Source of the DNA: the human T2T-CHM13v2.0 reference genome, Homo sapiens
Assembly (NCBI RefSeq): GCF_009914755.1
Contig: NC_060945.1
Reading direction: 5' to 3' (one strand)
Length of the DNA stretch: 64,000 nt
Under the pieces are notes generated by a model. The model was not told the origin of the DNA, did not search any database, and saw nothing but the letters and a program-made list of their open reading frames with translations. A program made the translations under genes and the position numbers. Position 1 is the stretch's first letter. Each line of letters opens with the position of its first letter. Shown in pieces: positions 13,190 through 27,000 of this stretch.

Positions 13190-15290
13190 CCCTAGTGGAA
13201 TGGAGTGGAATGGAATGGAACGGCATCGAATGCAGTGGAATCAACTATAATGAAATGGAATGGAATGGAATGGAATAGAATGGAATGGAATGGAACAGAA
13301 TCAAACTGAGTGGAATGGAATGGAATGGAATGGAATGCATGGAATGCAATGAATGGAAACTAATGGAATGGAATGGAAACAACGCAACTGGAATGGAATG
13401 CAATGGAATGCAATGGAATGCAATGGAATGGAATGGAATGGAATGGAATGGAATGGAATGGATTGGAATCAACCAGATTCCAATGCAATGGAATGGAATG
13501 GAATGGAAGGGAATGGAACGGGATGCAAAGGAACGGAATGAACTGGAATGGAATGGAATATAATTGAATGGAATGGAATGGAATCAACACAAGTGGAGTG
13601 AAATGGAATGGAACAGAAATGAATGGAATGTAATGGAACGTAATGGAATTAACTTGAGGTGAATGGAATGGAATGGGATGGAATGGAATGGAATAATCCC
13701 GAGTGGAATGGAATGGAAAGGAATGCAATGGAATGGAATGGAGTGGAATGCATTGGAATCAACTGGAAAGGAATGGAATGCAAAGGAATGCATTGGAATC
13801 AACTGGAATGGCATGGAATGGAGTGGAATGCAATGGAATGGAATCCATCCGGGTTGAATGGAAAAAAATGGAAAGGAGTCGAATGGAACGCAATGGAGTG
13901 CAATGGAATGGAATGGAATGGAATGGAAAGGAATCAACACGAATGGAATGGAATGGAATGCAATGGAATGGAATGGAACGGAATGCTTTGGAAACAACCC
14001 TAGTGGAAAGGAATGGAATGGAATGGAATGGAAAGGAATGGAATGGAATCAACCCAAGAGGAATGGAATGGAATGGAATGGAATGGAATGGAATGCAATG
14101 GAATGGAATGGAACGGAATGCTTTGGAAACAACCCTAGTGGAATGGAATGGAATGGAATGGAATGGAAAGGAATGGAATGGAATCAACCCAAGAGGAATG
14201 GAATGGAATGGAATGGAATGGAATGGAAGGGAAAGGAGTGGAATGGAATGGAATCAACCAGAGTGGAATGGAATGGAATGGAATGGAATGGAATGGAATG
14301 GAATGGAATGGAATCAGCCCGAGTGGAATGGAAAGGAATGGAATGCAATGGAATGGAATGGATAGTAATGGAATGGAACAGAATGAAATGGAATAAAATG
14401 CAATGAACCCAAAGAGAATGGAAGGAATCAACCCGAGTGGAATGGAATGGAATGGAATGGAAGGGAATGGGATGGAATGGAATCAAACTGAGTGGAATGT
14501 AATGGAAGAGAAAGGAATGAAAAGGAATGGAATGGATTGGTATGGAATCAACATTAGTGGAATAGAATGGAATGGACTGGAATGGAACAGAATGGAATAG
14601 AATAAAATGGAATGGAATGCAATGGAATCAACAAGAATGAAATGGACTGTAATGGAATGGAATGGAATCAACCCGTGTGGAATGGAATGGAATGGAATGT
14701 AATGGAATGCAATGGAATGGAATCAACCCGAGTGGAAAGGAAGGGAAAGGAATGGAATGGAATGGAATGGAATGGAATGCAATGGAATGGAATAAAGCCG
14801 AGTGGAATGGAAAGGAATGGAATGGAATGGAATGGAATGGTATCAACCCAAGTGGAATGTAATGGAAAGCAGTGGAATGGAATGGAACGGTATGGAATGG
14901 AATAGAATGGAATGGAGGCAACTCGAGGGGAATGGAATGGAATGGAAAGGAGTGGAATGGAATGAATAGGAATGTTATGCAATGGAATGCAATGGTATGG
15001 AATGGAGTCAAACAGAGCGGAATGTAATGGAATGGAATTGAATGGAATGGAATGGAATGGAATGCAATGGAATGGAATGGAATGGAATCAACCGTGTGGA
15101 ATGGAATGGAATGGAATCGAATGGAATGGAATGGAATGGAATGGAATGGAATCCACTCGATTGGAATGGAATGGAATGGAGTGGAATGGAATGGAATGGA
15201 GTCAACCCGAGTGGAATGGATTGGAATGGAGTGGAATGGAATGGAAAGGCATCGAATACAATGGAATCAACTAGAATGGAATGGAATGGA
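13190..15290 (+). repeat. ~2.1-kb diverged block paralogous to ~27520-29600
   Basis: GAAACAACGCAA ~13376/27690; CAACACAAGTGGAGTG ~13585/27939; CCATCCGGGTTG 13845/28183; AATGTTATGCAATGG ~14971/29268. Offset ~14.3 kb. Confidence 0.8.
13960..14225 (+). repeat. 135-bp tandem duplication
   Basis: GAATGCTTTGGAAACAACCCTAGTGG at 13981 and 14116, each followed by CAACCCAAGAGG. Confidence 0.9.
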
Positions 15291-17610
15291 ATGGAATGCA
15301 ATGGAATGGAATCAACCGTGTGGAATGGAATGGAAAGGAATGGAATGGAATGGAATGGAATGGAATGCAATGGAATGGAATGGAATCAACTCGATTGGAA
15401 TGGAATGGAATGGAATGGAATCAACCCGAGTGGAACGGATTGGAATGGAGTGGAATGGAATGGAACTGCATCCAATACAATGGAATCAACTAGAATGGAA
15501 TGGAATGGAATGGAATGGAATGGAATGCAGTGGAATGAATGGAATGCAATGGAATGGAAACTAATGGAATGGAATTGAAGCAACCCGAGTGGAATGGAAT
15601 GCAATGGAATGGAATGGAATGGAATGGAATGGAATGGAATGGAATGGAATGGAATCAATCCGGGTTGAATGGAATGGAATGGAATGGAGTGGAATGGAAT
15701 GGAATGGAGTGGAATGGAATGGAATGGAGTGGAATGGAATAGAATGGAGTGGAATGGACTGGAATGGAATGCAATGAAACAGAATGGAATGCAACGGAAT
15801 CAACCCGAATGGAATGGAATGGTATGGAATGGAAAGGAATGGAATAAACAAGAGTGAAATGCAATGGATTGGAAAGGAATGGAATGAAATGGAATGGAAT
15901 CAACACGACTGGAATGGAATGGAATGGAATAGAAAGGAATGGAATGGAATGGAACGGAATAAAATGGATTGGAATGGAATGGCATCCACCCCAGTGAAAT
16001 GGAATGGAACGGAATGAAAAGGAATCAACCCGAGTGGAATGAATGGAATGCAATGGAATGGAATGGAATCAACCCGAGTGGAATGGAAAGGAATGGAATG
16101 GAATGGAATGGAATGGAATGGAATGGAATGGAATGGAATGCAATGGACTCAACTGGATTGGAATGGAATGGAATGGAATGGAATGGAATGGAATGGAATG
16201 GATTGGAATGGAAAGAAATTCAACGGAATGGATTCAACCAGAATGGAATGGAATGGAATGGAATGCGATGGAATGGATTGGAATTCAATGGAATCAACTG
16301 GAATGGTACGAATGGAATGGAATGGAATGGAATGGAATTGAATGGAATCAACTGGAATGGAATGGAATGGAATGGAATGGAAAGGAATGGAATGGAATCA
16401 ACCCCAATGGAATGGAATAGAATGGAATGGAAAGGAATGCAATGGATTTGAATGGAATGGTATCAAATGGAATGGAATGGAATGGAATGGAATGGAATGG
16501 AATGGAATGGAATGGAATGGATTGGAATGGAATGGAATCAACCCGAGAGGAATGGAATGGAATGGAATGGAATGGAATGGAATGGAATCAACCCGAGAGG
16601 AATGGAATGGAATGGAATGGAGTTATCCCGAGTGGAATGGAATGGAAAGGAATGGAATCAAACCAAGTGCAATGGAATGGAATGCAATGGAATGGAATGG
16701 AATGGGATGGAATTAACGAGAGTGGCATGGAATGGAATGGAATGGAATGGTATGGAATGGAATAGAATGGAATGGAATCAACTCGAGGGGAAAGTAATGG
16801 ATTGGAAAGTATTGGAATGGAATGGAAAGGAATGTAATGTAATGGAATGCAATGGTATGGAATGTAGACACCGTGAGAGGAATGGAATTAAATGGAATTG
16901 AATGGAATGGAATGAAATGCAATCGAATGGAGTCGAATGGAATAAAACCTAGAGGAATGGAATGGAATGGAATGGAATGGAATGAAATGGAATGGAATGG
17001 AATGCAATGGATAGGAATGGAATGGAATGGAATGGAATGGACTGGAATGGATAGTAATGGAACGGAACAGAATGGAATGGAATCAAACACAGTGGAATGG
17101 AATGGAATGGAATGCAATGGAATGGATTGGAATGGAATCAACTGGAATGGAATGAAATGGAATGGAATGGAATGGAATGCAATGGAATGGAATGGAATCA
17201 ACCCGAGTGGAATGCAATGGAATGGAAAGGAATGGAATGGAATGGAATGGAATCAACCTTAGTGGAATCGAATGGAATGGAGTGGAATGGAATGGAATGG
17301 CATCGAATGCAGTGGAATCAACTAGAATGGAATGGAATGGAATGGAATGGAATGGAATGGAACGGAATCAACCTGAGTGTAAAGAAATGGAATGGAATGG
17401 AATGGAAGGAATGGAATGGAATGGAGTTCAACATAATGGAACCAAACCAAGTGGAATGGAATGGAATGGAAAGCACTGAAATGTGATGGAATGGATTAGA
17501 ATCAACCAGATTCCAATGCAATGGAAGGGAATGGAATGGAAGGGAATGGAATGGGATGGAAAGGAATGGAATGAACTGGAATGGAATGGAATATAATTGA
17601 ATGGAATGGA
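14300..17610 (+). repeat. ~3.3-kb diverged block paralogous to ~8870-11890 (and to the first 564-bp copy from ~8300)
   Basis: GAAAGAAATTCAACGGAATGGATTCAACCAG ~10464/16211; GGTATCAAATGG ~10722/16459; AGACACCGTGAGAGG ~11039/16866; GAGTTCAACATAAT 11691/17424. Confidence 0.8.
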
Positions 17611-18155
17611 ATGGAAGCAACCCAGGTGGATAGGAATGAAATGGAATGGAAATGAATGGAATGGAATGGAACGTAATGGAATTAACTAGAGATGAATGGA
17701 ATGGAACGGAATGGGATGGAATTGAATGGAATCATCCCGAGTGGAATGGAATGGAAAGGAATGCAATGGAATGGAATGGAGTGGAATGCATTCGAATCAA
17801 CTAGAATGGAATGGAATGGAATGGAATGGAATGGAATGGAATGGAATGAAATCAATCCGGGTTGAATGGAATGGAATGGAATGGAGTGGAATGGAACGCA
17901 ATGGAGTGGAATGGAAAGGAATGGAATAGAATGGAATAAACCCGAATGGAACGGAATGGAATGGTATGGAATGGAATGGAATGGAATGGAATGCAGCGGA
18001 ATGCTATGGAATCAACCTGAGTGGAATGGAAATGAATGGAATGAAATGAAATGGAATGGATTCCACCCAAGTGAAAAGGAATGGAATGGAATGCAACGGA
18101 ATCAACCGGAGTGGAATGGAATGGAAAGGAATGGAATGGAATGGAATGGAATGGA

Positions 18156-19000
18156 AAGGAATGGAATTGAATCAACCAAAGAGGAATGGAATGGAATGCA
18201 ATCAACCCTAGTGTAATGGAATGGAATGGAATGAAAAGTAATGGAATGGAACGGTATGGAATCAAACCGAGTGGAATGGTATGGAATGGAACGGAATGGA
18301 ACGGAAAGGACTGGAATAAATTGTTATGGAATGGAATGGAATCAACCAGAGGGAAATAGAAAGGAATGTAATAGGATGGAATAAACCCGAGTGAAATAGA
18401 ATGGAATGGAATGGAAGGGAATGGAATGGTATGGAATGTCATGGAATCGAATGGAATGGAATCAACCCAAGTGGAATGGAACGGAATGGAATGGAACGGA
18501 ATGGGATGCAGTGGAATGGAATGGAATGGAATGAAATCAACCCGAGTGGAATGGAATGGAATGGAAAGGAATGGCATGGAATGGAATGGAATGGAACGGA
18601 ATGGAATTGAATCAACCAAAGAGGAATGGAATGGAATGCAATCAACCCTAGTGTAATGGAATGGAATGGAATGAAAAGTAATGGAATGGAACGGTATGAA
18701 ATCAAACCGAGTGGAATGGTATGGAATGGAAAGGAATGGAACGGAAAGGACTGGAATAAAATGTTATGGAATGGAATGGAATCAACCAGACGGAAATAGA
18801 AAGGAATGTAATAGGATGGAATAAACCCGAGTGAAATAGAATGGAATGGAATGGAAGGGAATGGAATGGTATGGAATGTCATGGAATCGAATGGAATGGA
18901 ATCAACCCAAGTGGAATGGAACGGAATGGAATGGAACGGAATGGGATGCAGTGGAATGGAATGCAATGGAATGAAATCAACCCGAGTGGAATGGAATGGA
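18156..19000 (+). repeat. 440-bp near-identical tandem duplication
   Basis: ATGGAATTGAATCAACCAAAGAGG at 18161 and 18601; ORF starts 18401/18841 and 18411/18851 are offset by 440. About five substitutions seen by eye (e.g. TTGTTATGG/ATGTTATGG, CCAGAGGG/CCAGACGG). Confidence 0.93.
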
Positions 19001-20219
19001 ATGGAATGGAAAGGAATGGCATGGAATGGAATGGAATGCAATCAGCCCGAGTGGAATGGAATGGAATGGAAAGGAATGGCATGGAATGTAATGTAATTGA
19101 ATAAACCCGAGTGGAATAGAATGGAATGAATGGAATGGAATGGAATGGAATAGAATGGAATGGAATGGAATGGAATGAAATGGAATGGAATGGAATGGAA
19201 TCAACCCGAGTGGAATGGAATGGAATGGCATGGAATGGAATGGATTTAACCCGAGTGGCATGGAATGGAATCTAATGGAATGCAATGGAATGGAATGGAA
19301 TGGTATAGAATGGAATAGAATGGAAAGGAATCAACTCGAGGGGAAAGAAATGGAATGGAAAGGAATGGAATGGAAGAGATAGGAATGGAATGCAATGGAA
19401 TGCAATGGTATGGAATGGAGTCAACTCGAGAGGAATGTAATGTAATGTAATGGAATGGAATGGAATGGAATGCAATGGAATGGAGTTTAATGGAATAAAC
19501 ACCAGAGGAATGCAATGGAATGGCATGGAAAGGAATGGTATGGATAAGAATGGAATGGACTGGAATGCAATGGAATGGAATGAACTGGAATGGAAGGGAA
19601 TGGAATGAAATCAAAAAAAGTGAAGTGGAATGGAATGGAATGGAATTGAATGGAATGGAATGGAATGGTATGGAATCAACCCGAGTGGAATAGTATGGAA
19701 TGGAATGGAATGGAACGGAATGGAATGGAATAAAATGGAATGGAATGGAATGCAATCAACCCGAGTGAAATGGAATGGAATAGAATGGAATGGAATCAAC
19801 CCGAGTGGAATGGAATGGAATGGAATAGAATGGAATGGAGTGGAGTGGAATGGAGTGGAATCAACCAGAGTGGAATGGAATGTAATGGAATGCAATGGAA
19901 TGGAATGGAATCAACACGGGTGGAATGGAATGGAATGGACGGCAATGGAATGGAATGCATTGGAATCAACTGGAATGGACTGGAATGGAATGGAATGGAA
20001 TGGAATGGAATGGAATCAATCCGGTTTGAATGGAATAAAATGGAATGGAGTCGAATGGAAAGCAATGGAGTGGAATGGAATGGAATGGAATGGAATGGAA
20101 TGGAATGGAAACAACTAGAGTGGAATGGAATTGAATGGAGTGGAATGGAATGGAATGGAATGGCATGGAATGGAATGGAATGGAATCAACCTGAGTAGAA
20201 TGGAATGGAATTGAATGGA

Positions 20220-23200
20220 ATGGAATGCAATGGAATGGAATGGAATGTTATAGAAGGGAATGGAATCAACTCGAGGGGAAAGGAATGTAATGGAAAGGAA
20301 TGGAATGGAATGGATAGGAATGGAATGCAATGGAATGCAATGGTATGGAATGGAGTCAAAACAAGAGGAATATAATGGAATGGAATTGAATGGAATGGAA
20401 TGGAATGCAAAGGAATGGATTTGAATGGAATGAACCCCAGAGGAATGGAATGGAATTGCATGGAATGGAATGGTAGGGATAGGAATGGAATGGAATGGAA
20501 TGGAATAAACTGGAATGGAATGGAATGAAATCAAAAAAGTGGAATGGAATGGAATGGAATGGAATTTAACGGAATGGAATCAACTGGAATGGAATGAAAT
20601 GGAATGGAATGGAATGGAATGGAAACAACCCAAGTGGAATGGAATGCAATGGAATGGAATTCAACGTAATGTAAACAAACCGAGTGGAAAGCAAAGGAAT
20701 GGAAAGGACTGAAATGTAATGGAAGTTATTGGAATCAAACTGATACCAATGCAACGGAATGGAAAGGAATGGAATCGAAAGGAAGGGAATGGAATGGAAT
20801 GGAAAGGAATGGAATGAACTGGAATGGAATGGAATGGAATGGAATATAATGGAATGGAATGGAATGGAATGGAATGGAATGGAATGGAATGGAATGGAAT
20901 CAACCCGAATGGAATGGAGTGGAATGGAATGAAATGGAATGGAATGCTTTGGAAGTTATGGGAATCACCTGGAATGCAATGGCATGGAATGGAATGGAAT
21001 GGAGTTGAATGGTACGGAATGGAATGGAGTAAACCTGAATGGAATGGAATGGAATGGAATGGAAAGGAATGGAATGGATTTGAATGGAATGGAATGGAAT
21101 GGAATGGAATGGAATGGAATGGAATGGAATAGAATGGAATGGAATGGATTGGAATGGAATGGAATGGAATAAACCCGAGAGGAATGGAATGGAATGGAAT
21201 GGAGTTTTCCTGAGTGGAATGGAATGGAATGGAATCAACCCGAATGAAATGTTATGGAATGGAATAGAATGGAATGGAATCAACTCGAGGGGAAAGGAAT
21301 GGATTGGAATGGAATGGAATGGAATATAATTGAATGGAATGGAATGGAATGGAATGGAATGGAATGGAATGGAATGGAATGGAATCAACCAAAGTGGAGT
21401 GGAATGCAATGGAACGGAAAAGAATGGAATGGAATGGAACGGAATGGAATTAACTCGAGGTTAATGGATTGGAATGGCATGGAATGGAATGGAATCAACC
21501 CAAGAGGAATGGAATGGAATGGAAAGCAATGGAATGAAACGAAGAGGAATGCAATGGAATCAACTGGAATGGAATGGAATGGAATGGAATGGAATGCATT
21601 GGAATCAACTGGAATGGAATGGAATCAACTGGAATGGATTGGTATGGAATGGAATGGAATGGAATGGAATGGAATGGAATGGAATGGAACAGAAACAACC
21701 CAAGTGGAATGGATTACAATGGAACGGAAATGAATGGAATGGAATGGAACGGAATGGAATTAACTCGAGGTGAATGGAATGGAATGGCATGGAATGGAAT
21801 GGAATCAAACCGAGTGGAATGGAATGGAATGGAAAGCAATGGAATGGAATGGAATGGAATGCATTGGATTCAACAGCAGTGGAATGGAATGGAATGGAAT
21901 GCGTTGGAATCAACTCGAATGGAATGGAATGGAATGGAATGGAATCAATCCGGTTGAATGGAGTGGAATGGAATGGAGTGGAATGGAACGCAATGGAGTG
22001 GAATGGAATTGAATGGAATAGAATGGAGTCAACACGAATGGAATGGAATGGAATGGTATGGAATGTAATGGAATGGAATGGAATGGAACGGAATGCTGTG
22101 GAATCAACCCGAGTAGCATGGAAATGAATGGAATGGAATGGAATGCTTTCAAACCGAGAGGAATGGAATGGAATGGAATGCAACGGAATCAACCCTAGTG
22201 GAATGGAATGTAAAGGAATGAAATGGAATCAACCCAAGAGGAATGGAATGGAATGGAATGGAATGGAATGGAATGGAATGGTATGGAATCAAACCGAGTG
22301 GAATGGTATGGAAAGGAATGGAATGGAACGGAATGGACTGGAATAAATGGAATGGAATGGAATGGAATCAACCCGACGGAAATGGAATGGAATGTAATGG
22401 AATGGAATAAAACCGAGTGGAATAGAATGGAATGTAATGGAATGGAATGGAATGGAATGGAATCAACCCGAGTGGAATGGAATGGAATGGAATGGAATGG
22501 AAAGGAATGGAATGGAATAAACCCGAGTGGAATGGAATGGAATGGAATCAAATGGAATGGAATGGAATGGAAAGGAATGGAATGGAATAAACCCGAGTGG
22601 AATGGAATGGAATGGAATCGAATGGAATGGAATGGAATGGAATGGAATGGAATGGAATGGAATAAACCCGAGTGGAATGGAATTGAATGGCATGAAAAGG
22701 AATGGAATTAACCCGAGTGGCATGGAATGGAATGGTATAGAATGTAATAGAATGGAATGGAATCAACTCGAAGGGAAAGGAATGGAATGAAAAGGAATGG
22801 AATGGAATGGAATGGACAGGAATGGAATGCATTGGAAAGCAATGGTATGAAATGGATTCAACCCGAGAGGAATGTAATGGAATGGAATGGAGTGGAATGG
22901 AATGGAATGCAATGGAATGGAGTTGAATGGAATAAACCCCAGAGGAATGGAATGGAATGCAACGGCATGGAATGGAATGGTATGGATAGAAATGGATAGG
23001 AATGGAATGGAATGCAATGGAATGGAATGGAATACAATGGAATGGAATGGAAAAAGCTGAAGTGGAATGGAATGCAATGGAATGCAATGGAATGAAATTC
23101 AACGTAATGGAAACAAACGGAGTGGAACGGAATGGAATGGAAAGGACTGAAATGTAATGGAAGTGATTGGATTCAAACCGATTCCAATGCGAAGGAATGG

Positions 23201-26200
23201 AAAGTAATGGAATCGAATGCAAGGGAATGGAATGGAATGGAATTAACTGGAATGGAATGGAATGGAATGGAATATAATTGAATGGAATGGAATGGAATCA
23301 ACCCGAGTGGACTGGAAGGGAATGGAATGGAAATGAATGGAATGCAATAAAATAGAACGGAATGGAATGAACCCGAGTGGAATGGAATTGAATGGAATGG
23401 AATGGAATGGAAAGGAACAGAACGGAACGGAATGGAATGGAATGGAATGGAATGCAAAGAAATGGAATGAACAAATGTGGAATGGAATGGAATGGAATGG
23501 ATTGGAATGGAATGGAATGTAATCAACACGAGTGGAATGGAATGGAATGGAATGGATTGGAATGGAATGGAATGTAATCAACACGAGTGGAATAGAATGG
23601 AATGGAAAGGAGTGGAATGGAATGGAATTGAATGGAATAGAATGGAGTGGAATGGAAGGGGAAGGAATTGAATGGAATGGAATGGAATGGGATGGAACAG
23701 AATGGAAAGGAGTCAACCTGAATGGAAAGAAATGGTATGGAATGGAAAGGAACGGAATGGAATGGAATGGAATTTAAATGGAATGGAATGGAAAGGAATG
23801 GAATTGAATGGAATGGAATGGTATGGAACCAACACGAGTGGAATAGTATGGAACGGAATGGAATGGAATGGAATGGAATAAAATGGAATGGAATGGAATG
23901 GAATCAACCAGAGTGAAATGGCATGGATTAGAATGGAATGGAATAAACCCGAGTGGAATGGAATGGAATGGAATGGAAAGGAATGGAATGGAATGGAGTG
24001 GAATGGAACGGAGTGGAATGGAATGGAATGGAGTGGAATGGAACGGAATGGAATGGAATGGAGTGGAATGGAATGGAATGGAGTTGAATGGAATAAACCC
24101 CAGAATAATGGAATGGAATGGAACGGCATGGAATGGAATGGTATGGATAGGAATTGATAGGAATGGAACGGAATGGAATGGAATGGAATTGAATGGAATG
24201 GAGTGGAATTGAATGGTATGGAACAGAATCAACCCGAGTGGAATGGAATGCAATGGAAGGCAATGGAGTGGAATGGAATTCAATGGAAGGCAATGAAATG
24301 GAATGGAATGGAATGTATTGGAATCAACTGGAATGGAATGGAATGGAATTGAATGGAATGGAATGGAGTCAATACGGGTTGAATGGAATTCAATGGAATG
24401 ATGATGAATGGAATGCAATGGAGTGGAATGGAATGGAATAGAATGGAATCAACCCGAATGGAATGGAATGGAATGCAATGGAATAGAATGGAACGGAATG
24501 CTATGGAAACAACCCGATTGGAATGGAAAAGAATGGAATGGAATGGAATCAACCCAAGTGGAAAGGAATGGAATGGAATGCAACGGATTCAACCAGAGTG
24601 GAATGGAATAGAAAGGAATGGAATGGAATGGAATGGAATTGAAAGGAATGGAACGGAATCAACCCAAGAGGAATGGAATGGAATGGAATGGAATGTCATG
24701 GAATGGAGTGGAATGGAATCAACCAGAGTGGAATGGAACGGAATGGAATGTAATGGAATGGAAAGGGAGGCAATGGAATGGAATGGAATGGAATGGAATG
24801 GAATGGAATGGAAACAACCCGAGTGGAATGGAATGGAATGGAATGGAATGGAAAGGAATGGCATGGAATGGAATGGAATGCAATCAGCGCGAGTGGAATG
24901 GAATGGAATGGAATGGAAAAGAATTTAATGGAACAGAATGGAATGGAATAAAATAGAATGAACCTGAATGGAATGGAAGTAAGGAACCCGAATGGAATGG
25001 ATTGGAATGGAATGGAATGGAATCAACCCGAGTGGAATGGAATGGAGTGGAATGGAACACAATTGAATGGAATGGAATAGAATAGAATGCAATGGAATGG
25101 AACGGAATGGAATCAATCGGAATGGAATGGAACGGAATGGAAGGGAATGGAGTGGAATGGAGTGAAATGGAATGGAATGGAATGGAAGGGAATGAAATGG
25201 AATGGAATGAAACTGAGTAGAATGGAATGGAATGGAATGGAAAGGAAGGGAAATGAATGGAAACGAAAGGAAAGGATTAGTATGGAATCAACTTTAGTGG
25301 AATGGAATGGAATGCAATGGAACAGAATGGAATGGAGTGGAATGGAATGGAATGGAATCAACCCGAGTGGAATGGAATTGAATGGTATGGAATGAAATGG
25401 AATGGAATCAACCCGAGAGGAATGGAATGGAATGGAATGGAATGGAATCAACCCGAGTGGAATGGATTGGAATGGAATGGAATGGAATGGAATGGAATCA
25501 ACCCGAGTGGAATGGAATGGAAAGGAATGGAATGGAACGCAATGGAATTGAATGGAATGGAATCAACCCGAGTGGAATGGAATGGAATAGAATGGAATTG
25601 AATCAACCCGAGTGGAATGGAATGCAATGCAATGGAATGGAATTGAACGGTATGGAATGGAATAGAATGGAATGGAGTCACCGTGAGGGGAAAGGAATGG
25701 AATGGAAAGGAATGGAATGGAATGGGAAGGAATGGAATGCAATGCAATGGAATGGTATGGAATGGAGTCAAACCGAGAGGAATGTAACGGAATGGAATTG
25801 AATGGAATGGAATGGAATGCAATGGAATGGAATGGAGTGGAATCAACCGTGTGGAATGGAATGGAATGGAATGGAATGGAATGCAATGAAATGGAATGGA
25901 ATCAACTCCATTGGAATGGAATGGAATGGAATGGAATCAACCCGAGTGGAATGGATTGGAATGGAGTGGAATGGAATGGAACGGCATCCAATACAATGGA
26001 ATCAACTAGAATGGAATGGAATGGAATGGAATGGAACGGAATCAACCTGAGTGGAATGGAATGGAATGCAGTGGAATGAATGGAATGCAATGGAATTGAA
26101 ACTAATGGAATGGAATAGAAACAACCCGAGTGGATTGGAATGCAATGGAAAGGAATGGAATAGAATGGAATGGAGTGGAATGGAATGGAATGCAAGGAAA

Positions 26201-27000
26201 TGGAATGGAATGGAACGGAATATACCCGAATGGAATGTAATGGAATGGAAAGAAATGGAATCAACAAGAGTGGAATGCAATGGATTGCAATGGAATGGAA
26301 TGGAATGGAATGGAATGGAATGGAATGGAACGGAATCAACACGAGTGGAATGGAATGGAATTGAATGGAATGGAATGGAATGGAATGGAATGGAATGGAA
26401 TGGAATGGAATCAACCTTAGTGGAATGCTATGGAATGGAATGGAATGGAATGGAATGGAATGGAATGGAATCAACCCTAGTGGAATGCTATGGAATGGAA
26501 TGGAATGGAATGGAATGGAATGGAATGGAATAAAATGGTTTGGAATGGAATGGCATCAACCCCAGTGAAACGGAATGGAATGGAACCAACCCGAGTGGAA
26601 TGGAACGCAATGAAATGGAACGGAATGGAATCAACCAGAGTGGAATGGAATGCAATGGAATGGAACGGACTGGAACGGAATGGAATGGAATGGAACCAAG
26701 TGGAATGGAACGAATGGAATGGAATTGAATGGAAATGAATGGAATGGAAATGAATGGAATGGAATGGAATGGACAGGAATGGAATGGAATCAACCCGAAT
26801 GCAATGGAATGGAATGGAATGGAAAGGAATGGAATGGATTTGAATGGAATGGAATGGAATCAACCTGAGAGGAATGGAATGGAATGGATTAGAGATATCC
26901 CGAGTGGAATGGAATGGAATGTAATCAACCCGAGTGCAATGATATGCAATGAAATGGAATAGAATGGAATGGAATGGAATTAACGAGAGTGGCATGGATT
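20220..27000 (+). repeat. ~7-kb diverged block, copy 2 (paralogue of ~1210-8280)
   Basis: Same ordered landmarks as 1210-8280, at an offset of ~18.7-19.1 kb. Confidence 0.85.
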
